Shown here in pieces: positions 47,716 to 55,197 of a stretch of 64,000 bases of DNA. The notes under the pieces were generated by a model. That model was not told the DNA's origin, ran no database searches, and worked only from the letters and a program-made list of their open reading frames with translations. The stretch is from Candidatus Nomurabacteria bacterium. GTDB lineage: Bacteria > Patescibacteriota > Minisyncoccia > Phycocordibacterales > UBA9973. The stretch lies in assembly GCA_016199805.1 (NCBI GenBank), contig JACQGC010000013.1, positions 66,327-130,326 of the forward strand. Reading direction: 5' to 3'. Both the position numbers and the translations under genes were made by a program. Within the stretch, counting starts at the first letter, position 1, and the number at the start of each line of letters is the position of its first letter.

Positions 47716-48231
47716 TTATAACTTCCTTAAGATTATACCATAATGGTGCGCTCCGGCATCAATATCGCGAACCCAGGCAAAACCTTTTTTTTCAAACATC
47801 GTCCGCGCTTTTTCCCTGGGTACAATTCCGCCCCCTTTCATGATAGACTCCTCCGACCAATCAACCAAAAGCACCTTGCCGTTTGGCTTCAATATCCTTT
47901 TTATCTCCTCGATAAATTTTTCTTTGTCTTCAACCTGGAAGAGTACATTTGAAGCTATGGCTACATCCACTACTGTGTCGGCAATTTTCGTGCCACCCAG
48001 TTTTTCAATATTTCCCCAGATAATTTCCACGTTCGAGAGATGCGCTTCTTTTACCTTATGTTTGATGGTATCCAGAAAATCTTTCTGTAATTCAACGGCG
48101 TAAACTTTTCCCCGGGGCACGACAGCTCCGGCCGCCACGGAATAAAATCCGGTCCCAGCGCCCAAATCAGCCACGATATCATTTTCAGCAAGTCCCAAAG
48201 TTTTTAAATTTTTTACCGGGTCGGTAAACAT
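47716..48231 (-). CDS. class I SAM-dependent methyltransferase
   Basis: VADLGAGTG, VYAVE, RILKPNG.VLLVDW. Confidence 0.88.
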   Translation of the reverse strand: MFTDPVKNLKTLGLAENDIVADLGAGTGFYSVAAGAVVPRGKVYAVELQKDFLDTIKHKVKEAHLSNVEIIWGNIEKLGGTKIADTVVDVAIASNVLFQVEDKEKFIEEIKRILKPNGKVLLVDWSEESIMKGGGIVPREKARTMFEKKGFAWVRDIDAGAHHYGIILRKL

Positions 48232-48247
48232 ATTTATATTGTACCAT

Positions 48248-50707
48248 TTATATGCAAGCGAGCGAGGCTATACCGTCTCCTCCGCGCAGGCGCATGACTG
48301 TCACGCCTTGAGTCTGACGCCCCAATGAAGAAATATCTTTGAGGGGTGTGCGGATGACCTGTCCTTTTTTGGACATGGCTATGAGCTCGGCTTCTTCGCC
48401 ACTGAGTACTTTGGCCACAATAAGCTTGCCTGTTTTTGGAGTCACTTTGGCTGTCTTTACGCCGGAGCCGCCGCGCTTTTGAACTTTGTATTCTTTCAAG
48501 TCGGTTTTCTTACCAAAACCGTTTGCGCTCATGGTCAGGAAGGCCGCCTTTTCACTGGTCTTCTTTATGACATCCACGCCGATGACTTGGTCACTTTTAC
48601 CAAGTCTGATGCCACTCACCCCGCCGGCAGTTCGTCCCATTTCGCGAACATCCGATTCTTTAAATCTGATGGATTGTCCGTCGGCAGTAGCTATCATCAC
48701 TTCGTCTCCTTTTTCAGTTACCAGCGCGGAAATAAGTTGGTCGTCTTTGTCGAGCCGAATAGCAATGATACCGCTACGGCGAACATCTTTGAAACCGGAG
48801 CTGGCCATTTTCTTGGCTGTGCCGCTTTTGGTGACAAGCATCAAAGAAGAAGGCGTCGTGCCCAAATCTTTTGGCATAGCCAAAATAGACGTGACTTTTT
48901 CATCTCCGGAAAGAGCCAAGAAATTCATGATGGATTTACCACGTGTGGCTCTACGACCTTCGGGAATATCGTACATTTTCATTTGGTAAACTTTTCCGAG
49001 GTTGGTAAAGAACAAGAGGTTGCTGTGCGTGGAACCGGAAACCAACATGGTCACAAAGTCTTCTTCTTTGGTTTCGAGGTCTATCACCCCCACTCCGCCG
49101 CGTTTCTGCGCGTGATATTCCGCAGGATCGGTGCATTTCACATATCCGCCGGCAGTCAGCACCAGCATGGTTTCTTTCTCCGGAACCAAATCTTCGTCGG
49201 AAATTTCTTTGACTCCGCCTTTGACTATCCTGGTTCTTCTTTCGTCGGAATATTTTTCCCGGATTTCTTTCAGTTCATCTGCGATGGTCTTCAGTATTTT
49301 CTTTGGGCTCGAGAGTAAGTCTTTCATCATGGCAATAAATTTCTGCTTCTCGGCAAGTTCATCTTCCACCGCTTTGCGCTCCAGTCCGGCCAGTTTTGCC
49401 AGCTTCATTTCCAAAATAGCCGTGGCCTGCAGGTCCGAAAACTTAAATTCCTTCATCAGGTTTAGTTTAGCCAGCTGGGAATTTTTTGAACCACGGATGA
49501 CGGTGATGACCCGGTCTATCTTATCCAGGGCTTTCTTTAAGCCGAGTAAAATGTGTTCCCGTTCTTCAGCTTTACGCAAGTCATAAGCGCTTCGGCGTTT
49601 GACAACTTCTTTTCTATGCTCAATAAATAAGGCTAAAATGGATTTTAGGGATAAAGTTTGAGGCACTCCGTCCACCAAGGCTACCATGTTGAAATTGAAA
49701 TTTGATTCAAGCTGGGTATTTTTGTAAATATAATTTAAAACTTTCTCGGGGTGCGCGCTCCCTTTCAAATCAATAACGATGCGAATGTCTTTGGTGGATT
49801 CATCTCGCAGACCCTTGATACCTTCCAGCTTTTTTTCCTGCACCAATTCCGCGATACTGACAATCAAATTGGCTTTGTTTACCCGGAAAGGAATGGAAGT
49901 TATAATGATAGAGAAATTCCCATCTTTTTGCTCGACTATTTCCGCTTCTCCTCGGCAAACCACTCCGCCGCGGCCAGAACCGTATGCATGAAGCATGTCT
50001 TTGTAGCCATAGGCAATGCCACCCGTAGGGAAATCCGGACCTTTTACAAATTGCATCAGGTCTTCGGTAGTGGCTTCATCGTTTTCAATTAAATAATTTG
50101 TCGCGTCCAAAACTTCCGCAAGATTGTGTGAAGGAATGTTTGTTGCCATACCAACGGCGATACCCAAAGTACCATTCAAGAGAAGTGCGGGCACGTTGGC
50201 TGGTAAAACTATCGGTTCTTTGCGGGTTTGGTCATAGTTTGGACGGAAATCCACTGTTTCCTTTTCCAAATCTTTCAGCAGTTCATTTGAAATTTTAGAC
50301 ATTTTTGCTTCGGTATAACGCATAGCCGCGGCATTGTCTCCATCTATAGAACCGAAGTTTCCTTGCCCGATAACCAGCGGATAACGATAAGAAAATTCCT
50401 GGGCCATACCCACCATGGAATCATAGACTGCTGTGTCGCCATGTGGATGATATTTTCCAAGCACATCTCCGACAATGGCCGCGGACTTGCGAAAACGCGC
50501 CGTGGAAGTGAGCCCCATTTCATTCATACCAAAAAGAATTCGGCGGTGCACTGGTTTGAGCCCATCCCGAACATCCGGCAGAGCGCGCGAAGTGATGACC
50601 GACATGGCATAGGCCAAGTATGACTCTTTCATTTCAGCAACGACATCCACTTGCAGAATTTCGTCTCTGGGTTTTTCTTCAATTGTTTCTACGTTCTTCT
50701 TCGCCAT
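48248..50707 (-). CDS. gyrA: DNA gyrase subunit A
   Basis: [30 protein letters not shown], GyrA box QKRGGVG. Confidence 0.98.
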   Translation of the reverse strand: MAKKNVETIEEKPRDEILQVDVVAEMKESYLAYAMSVITSRALPDVRDGLKPVHRRILFGMNEMGLTSTARFRKSAAIVGDVLGKYHPHGDTAVYDSMVGMAQEFSYRYPLVIGQGNFGSIDGDNAAAMRYTEAKMSKISNELLKDLEKETVDFRPNYDQTRKEPIVLPANVPALLLNGTLGIAVGMATNIPSHNLAEVLDATNYLIENDEATTEDLMQFVKGPDFPTGGIAYGYKDMLHAYGSGRGGVVCRGEAEIVEQKDGNFSIIITSIPFRVNKANLIVSIAELVQEKKLEGIKGLRDESTKDIRIVIDLKGSAHPEKVLNYIYKNTQLESNFNFNMVALVDGVPQTLSLKSILALFIEHRKEVVKRRSAYDLRKAEEREHILLGLKKALDKIDRVITVIRGSKNSQLAKLNLMKEFKFSDLQATAILEMKLAKLAGLERKAVEDELAEKQKFIAMMKDLLSSPKKILKTIADELKEIREKYSDERRTRIVKGGVKEISDEDLVPEKETMLVLTAGGYVKCTDPAEYHAQKRGGVGVIDLETKEEDFVTMLVSGSTHSNLLFFTNLGKVYQMKMYDIPEGRRATRGKSIMNFLALSGDEKVTSILAMPKDLGTTPSSLMLVTKSGTAKKMASSGFKDVRRSGIIAIRLDKDDQLISALVTEKGDEVMIATADGQSIRFKESDVREMGRTAGGVSGIRLGKSDQVIGVDVIKKTSEKAAFLTMSANGFGKKTDLKEYKVQKRGGSGVKTAKVTPKTGKLIVAKVLSGEEAELIAMSKKGQVIRTPLKDISSLGRQTQGVTVMRLRGGDGIASLACI

Positions 50708-50782
50708 CCCATTAAAAAATTAAATTGATAAACTTTATTTTTTTACAAGTCCGCTGATTTTCTAACGGGACAAGTAAATTAT

Positions 50783-50929
50783 TTATTTCATTAAAGTAAC
50801 TCCCAATGAATAAATCCATAGCAGAATTAAAATAACACCGCACACCACCACGAGAACATGCAAAACATGCCTTCTTACGTGTTGCGGTTGTCGTCTTATT
50901 CGTCTGATGTGATGAAAAATTTTTTCCAT
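50783..50929 (-). CDS. 48-aa single-TM protein (not in ORF track)
   Basis: Manual translation MEKIFHHIRRIRRQPQHVRRHVLHVLVVVCGVILILLWIYSLGVTLMK*; starts 4 nt after the upstream stop. Confidence 0.6.
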   Translation of the reverse strand: MEKIFHHIRRIRRQPQHVRRHVLHVLVVVCGVILILLWIYSLGVTLMK

Positions 50930-50933
50930 ATAA

Positions 50934-51560
50934 TTACATTTCCTTTAAAACCACCACTTCTCCTTCTTTACCCTCTAAGTCTTTTCTCTTTAAGGTTAGC
51001 TTATCTACTGTTTCTGCTTTTTCTTCTCCCATCTCTTTCAGGAATGCTTTGAGCGTTTTGTCGTCGTAGTCCATAGGAATTATCATCTTTGGTTCAAGCG
51101 ATGAAGCCAGCTTAGCGGAAGATTTTGCATCGAGCATGCCGTTTCCGCCAACCGGAACAAAAAGAATATCCGGGCCATCGATAGCTTCACGGGTCTCTTT
51201 GGAAAGTTCCCCTTCTCCGAGCGCTCCCAAGAAAGCAATATTGATGCCATCCACAGAAAAAACATAGATAGTGTTTATATATTTTTTGCCGGTAAGTTCG
51301 GCGGGTGACATTACTCCTTTCACAAAAATTTCTTTGATTTCGTAGTCTCCCGGACCGTTGATGACAAAGGGTGCCCTGTCGCCATGAGAAAGTTGGTCTA
51401 CGCCGTTGTAATCCGGATGATTTGTCGTTACCAGCGCAATATCCGCGCCAAAATGTGCCGAAATGCCCGTCTTGGAGCTCTTGCTAACAGGATTAAAAGC
51501 TAAGACCAAGTCTCCTTGGCCAATCTTAAAAAACTGCTTGCCGAAATATGTGATAATCAT
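50934..51560 (-). CDS. MBL-fold metallo-hydrolase-like protein (degenerate metal motif)
   Basis: MIITYFG, TTNHPDYN, GPGDYEI, NTIY, DILFVPVG, LEPKMIIPMDY; ATG at 51560 preferred. Confidence 0.8.
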   Translation of the reverse strand: MIITYFGKQFFKIGQGDLVLAFNPVSKSSKTGISAHFGADIALVTTNHPDYNGVDQLSHGDRAPFVINGPGDYEIKEIFVKGVMSPAELTGKKYINTIYVFSVDGINIAFLGALGEGELSKETREAIDGPDILFVPVGGNGMLDAKSSAKLASSLEPKMIIPMDYDDKTLKAFLKEMGEEKAETVDKLTLKRKDLEGKEGEVVVLKEM

Positions 51561-51609
51561 TAGGTGTATTATAGCAGAAAAATTCTGAAAACAAAAGAGA
51601 GAATTCAGG

Positions 51610-51660
51610 CAATTCAGCCTCACCCCCTACCCCCTCTCCAGAGTACTGGCGAGGGGAAAA
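51610..51660. repeat. 51-bp REP-like direct repeat 1
   Basis: CAATTCAGCCTCACCCCCTACCCCCTCTCCAGAGTACTGGCGAGGGGAAAA. Confidence 0.9.
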
Positions 51661-51715
51661 CTCACAACATAAATTTTTACTGGCGGTGCTCCTTGAAGGT
51701 GCGACCGCCAGCGTT

Positions 51716-51826
51716 CTAGTGGGACCATTCGGCTCCCACTACGACTCCCGCAACAAATATTGCAAGGAGGAGAGTGAAAACTCCCATCGTTCTCACTACT
51801 ATCCTCAATTTCTCGACGTAGGACAT
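51716..51826 (-). CDS. 36-aa hydrophobic peptide (not in ORF track)
   Basis: MSYVEKLRIVVRTMGVFTLLLAIFVAGVVVGAEWSH*; GGAGG SD, TTGACT-N16-TAATAT upstream, GC hairpin 51680-51711 downstream. Confidence 0.6.
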   Translation of the reverse strand: MSYVEKLRIVVRTMGVFTLLLAIFVAGVVVGAEWSH

Positions 51827-51867
51827 GGCGCCTCCAAATAAGATATTACAACTATGGAATATTTAGT

Positions 51868-51918
51868 CAATTCCGCCTCACCCCTTATCCCCTCTCCAGA
51901 GTACTGGCGAGGGGAAAA
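51868..51918. repeat. 51-bp REP-like direct repeat 2
   Basis: CAATTCCGCCTCACCCCTTATCCCCTCTCCAGAGTACTGGCGAGGGGAAAA (3 differences from copy 1). Confidence 0.9.
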
Positions 51919-51925
51919 TACAAAA

Positions 51926-52282
51926 TCAATTACTTGATAATTCTTTTATTTTATTCCTGATCTTGCCTATGGCATTCTCTAGGTTGCTTTCAATTTCTGA
52001 ATTCCAGAATCTCAAAACGTCTATATTTTTCCGGTTTAGGTAGTCCGTTCTATCTTTATCCCATTCTTTGTTTTCCTTTTCTTTGTGTGGAGAGCCATCA
52101 AGTTCAATGGCGAGTTTTAAGTCTGAAGCATAGAAGTCCAGAATATACATATCAACTGGATGCTGTCTTCTGAACTTTATGCCTAGTTTTTTATTTCTTA
52201 GTTTTTGCCACAAAATCTTTTCTGCTTTAGTCTCTTCTTGCCTTAAAACTCTTGCTTTGAGTATTGTTTTTAGTACTGGCAT
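51926..52282 (-). CDS. DUF559 / Vsr-like PD-(D/E)XK endonuclease
   Basis: ARVLR...TKAEKILWQKLR, KFRRQHP...YILDFY, LAIELDG..H, D..R..YL...VLRFWN. Confidence 0.9.
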   Translation of the reverse strand: MPVLKTILKARVLRQEETKAEKILWQKLRNKKLGIKFRRQHPVDMYILDFYASDLKLAIELDGSPHKEKENKEWDKDRTDYLNRKNIDVLRFWNSEIESNLENAIGKIRNKIKELSSN

Positions 52283-52304
52283 GAAAATAGTTTTTTAATC
52301 AGCG

Positions 52305-52826
52305 CTAAACCTTGATATATTTATAAATCTCATCAATAACTTCCATGAGGGGACGGTCTGCATTTATTGGAATAGCTCCTTCTTCCAATACTTCCTTTTC
52401 AAAATTTTTATACCAACTTAAAATATTTTCTTGATCTAAGGGATGTTTGCCGAAATCATGACTTTCTCTGTCTATGATTCTTTTCATAAAAGTTTCTTCT
52501 TTACACTTAAGCAAGAAAACCTTATCAAATAAACCTCTCAACTCGGAACGGTTATTAAATAGCCCCGCAACAGCTACAATATCTTTTGGACTATTTTTTA
52601 TCAGATTAGTTAATTTTTCTTTGTCACAAACATATTGATGCTTCCAATACCAATCTTTGGTCATCCCAGGGTGCCACTCTACTACTTCTTTTGTTTCTTT
52701 ATCTATCCAATGAGTTAAACCTTTAACTGAGTCTGCGTCAATAGGAAAAACACTCTTTTCGGCCAATTTTTCCACAACTGTAGATTTTCCTGTACCAGCA
52801 TTACCCGTTATATAAAATACTTTCAT
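52305..52826 (-). CDS. P-loop nucleotide/shikimate kinase-like (AAA_18) protein
   Basis: YITGNAGTGKST, IDAD, FDKVFLL, INADRP; ATG at 52826 preferred. Confidence 0.8.
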   Translation of the reverse strand: MKVFYITGNAGTGKSTVVEKLAEKSVFPIDADSVKGLTHWIDKETKEVVEWHPGMTKDWYWKHQYVCDKEKLTNLIKNSPKDIVAVAGLFNNRSELRGLFDKVFLLKCKEETFMKRIIDRESHDFGKHPLDQENILSWYKNFEKEVLEEGAIPINADRPLMEVIDEIYKYIKV

Positions 52827-52843
52827 AAACCAATAATACCACA

Positions 52844-52958
52844 TTCCCCTCGCCAGACCTCACCCTGCCCTCTCCGAAGTACCAGAGAGGGTTCGAACTC
52901 CTTCTCCAGTAATCTGGGGAAGGTTGGGATGGGGCTGGAGAGGGGTCAGGGGTGAGGC
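52844..52958. repeat. inverted REP-like copy with a nested inverted doublet in its loop
   Basis: TTCCCCTCGCCAG[78-bp insert of two related units]CTGGAGAGGGGTCAGGGGTGAGGC. Confidence 0.85.
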
Positions 52959-52987
52959 TTGTGTTTTGGATTATTTCATAGTACTAT
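52959..52987 (+). promoter_or_regulatory. putative rpsA promoter
   Basis: TTGTGT-N17-TACTAT, followed by a ~115-nt structured leader. Confidence 0.45.
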
Positions 52988-53109
52988 CTGTTTAGTTGAA
53001 TATATATTAAAAGCAGGATTTGGGGTAACCCTCCCGGCATGAGTACGCCCCGAGAACCTAAACCTTATATCCGCTTTCATGCGGATGTTTTAATTTAATA
53101 AAGAATATT

Positions 53110-54204
53110 ATGAATGTAGATATAAAAGATACGGAAGAAATAGTGCCTGAAAATTTGGTTTTGAGTTCTATCACTGAACGCAGTGTAAACAAGCCGGAAG
53201 TTGATTCCCTGGTGGAAGGTCCGGTTATTTTAGTGGAAAAATCTTCCGTCTATGTAGATTTGAGCCCCTATGGCACAGGTATCATTTACGGACGGGAATT
53301 TATCAACGCCAAAGACGTAATCAAAAAGATAAGCTTGGGCGACATCGTCAAAGCGAAAATCGTCGACGCGGAAAATGAAGACGGCTACATAGAGCTTTCT
53401 CTAAAAGAAGCAAAGCAAGCCCTCACCTGGAGTGAAGCCGAAAAAGCTATTAAGGCAAAAACAATTTTGGACTTGGAGGTAAAAGACGCAAACAAAGGTG
53501 GTTTGATTTTGGAATGGCAAGGTATTCAGGGATTCTTGCCCGCTTCCCAACTCAAAGCCGACCATTATCCAAGAGTTCTGGATTCCGATAAAGATAAAAT
53601 TTTGAAAGAATTAAAAAAGCTCGTCGGCACGCGTATTTCTGTGATGATTATTTCCACCCTTCCAAAAGAAGGAAAACTAATTTTCTCCGAGAAAGACAAC
53701 AATCCTGAAGAGAAAAAAGAAGTTTTGAGTAAATACAACATCGGCGACACGGTAGACTGCACCGTCGCCGGCATAGTGGACTTCGGAGTATTCCTTAAGC
53801 TGGAAGAAGGGCTGGAAGGACTCGTGCATATCTCCGAGCTCGACTGGGGCCTGGTAGAAGACCCACGCAATCTGTTTAAAATCGGAGATAAAGTGGCAGC
53901 CAAAGTTATTGAAATCAAAGACGGAAAAATATCCCTTTCCTTAAAAGCTTTGAAGGAAAACCCTTGGAAAGAATTCGAGGGTAAATTGAAGAAAGGAGAC
54001 ATCATCAAAGGTGTCGTCATCAAGTACAACAAACACGGCGCGTTGGTATCCATCAAGGAAGGCGTAGCCGGACTGGTGCACAATTCCACCTTCCCTTCTG
54101 AAACCGCGCTTCGGACAAAATTGGAACTTGGCAAGAATTATAATTTTCAAATTACACTATTTGAACCTAGAGACCAGAAGATGACTTTGATTTACTTGGA
54201 ATAA
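53110..54204 (+). CDS. rpsA: 30S ribosomal protein S1 (4 S1 domains)
   Basis: ANKGGL, GFLPASQL, DFGVF..L..GLEGLVHISELDW. Confidence 0.92.
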   Translation: MNVDIKDTEEIVPENLVLSSITERSVNKPEVDSLVEGPVILVEKSSVYVDLSPYGTGIIYGREFINAKDVIKKISLGDIVKAKIVDAENEDGYIELSLKEAKQALTWSEAEKAIKAKTILDLEVKDANKGGLILEWQGIQGFLPASQLKADHYPRVLDSDKDKILKELKKLVGTRISVMIISTLPKEGKLIFSEKDNNPEEKKEVLSKYNIGDTVDCTVAGIVDFGVFLKLEEGLEGLVHISELDWGLVEDPRNLFKIGDKVAAKVIEIKDGKISLSLKALKENPWKEFEGKLKKGDIIKGVVIKYNKHGALVSIKEGVAGLVHNSTFPSETALRTKLELGKNYNFQITLFEPRDQKMTLIYLE

Positions 54205-54210
54205 AACTAA

Positions 54211-54260
54211 ATCAAGCACAAAAAAAAGAACGCCTAAGCGTTCTTTTTTTTGTGCTTGAT
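54211..54260. terminator. bidirectional terminator with perfect 23-bp stem
   Basis: ATCAAGCACAAAAAAAAGAACGC-ctaa-GCGTTCTTTTTTTTGTGCTTGAT between convergent genes. Confidence 0.9.
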
Positions 54261-54271
54261 ATCAGTATTTT

Positions 54272-54865
54272 TTATATATTCGCCGCAACAGTAGACGAGA
54301 TAGCTGCCATATCTTCCCTACCTATGTCTTTCATTATAGCCAACACTTGTTCGGCATAACGAGGCACGATAGACGGCGGATTGTATGCGTTCAAAATCTG
54401 CTTGGTGGTTTTGTTGTCATAATGTCTGGCCGTGTTTGGATTGTTACCACCCAGATTTTTGGCCACAGTCTCGATAGTCTCATCTAGGGTTTTAAAGCTA
54501 ATCTTGCATGAGCCCCAACCGAATGGATTATTTTCCGCTTTTTTACAGTCGAACTTTCCACCTGTAGACTCTCGCACAGCAATAGCCGGCAACAATCTCC
54601 AGTCCAGGTCGTTAGCCTCTGCTTCTTCCGCCATCTTCAGTCCCATGCCTTCGAGTGGCATATCATGGGCCGCAAAGTAAGCATCGATGGCGTCTGCTTC
54701 CAATTTAAGGGTTGGGTCGACAGAAACCGCTGGAGAAATAAACGCAACTTGAGGCTGGTTTATAGCACTGATACTACCCGGAATATTCCCGAGAGGTATC
54801 GTCATGGTCATTATTGGTAAGATAATAAACGACTCCACGAACCTTATTGTTTTTGTTTTTTTCAT
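54272..54865 (-). CDS. secreted lysozyme-fold (glucosaminidase/lytic transglycosylase-like) protein
   Basis: LDWRLLPAIAVRESTGGK, NNPFGWG, YNPP...YA..V; ATG at 54865 preferred. Confidence 0.75.
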   Translation of the reverse strand: MKKTKTIRFVESFIILPIMTMTIPLGNIPGSISAINQPQVAFISPAVSVDPTLKLEADAIDAYFAAHDMPLEGMGLKMAEEAEANDLDWRLLPAIAVRESTGGKFDCKKAENNPFGWGSCKISFKTLDETIETVAKNLGGNNPNTARHYDNKTTKQILNAYNPPSIVPRYAEQVLAIMKDIGREDMAAISSTVAANI

Positions 54866-55032
54866 AATGGGCGGTTGTGCTCCGCCAAACAAAGGAATGA
54901 AATGACTATTGTTTGCGAGAGTGCAGGGCTACTTGTTGCTGCCTCCGCCAAGCCAATTAAGGTGAAAACTAAAAAACCCTTATTTAATAAGACAGATAAG
55001 TCATCTGGCCTATACAATAAGGATGTACTTTA

Positions 55033-55061
55033 ATACTAGCATATTTAAATAAAAAAGTCAA
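55033..55061 (-). promoter_or_regulatory. promoter for the cell-wall hydrolase gene with ~160-nt leader
   Basis: TTGACT-N17-TAGTAT with extended -10 TG. Confidence 0.6.
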
Positions 55062-55197
55062 GAGTTATGCAACACTTTTATCATCTGTCAAACCAAAAAA
55101 ACCTTATAAAATAAGGGCGGATTGGAATATACCCATTGACAAATTGTGTCTAAAATTGAACAATTAAGGGCCTGTGAACAACTTTTTTGCCCCGACC

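Noticed and set aside
48479-49318. Long antisense ORFs (279 aa here; similar ones opposite dnaK, clpB, infB, secA)
   Set aside because: Shadow frames of conserved genes with no recognisable motifs or own signals.
51610-51918. Mini CRISPR array
   Set aside because: Only two 51-bp repeats with a 207-bp gene-containing spacer. The family is dispersed and REP-like.
54866-55026. Known c-di-AMP (ydaO) riboswitch
   Set aside because: The characteristic GCUGAA, GGGGUGAAU and CAGCUAAC motifs are not visible. Kept only as an unknown leader.
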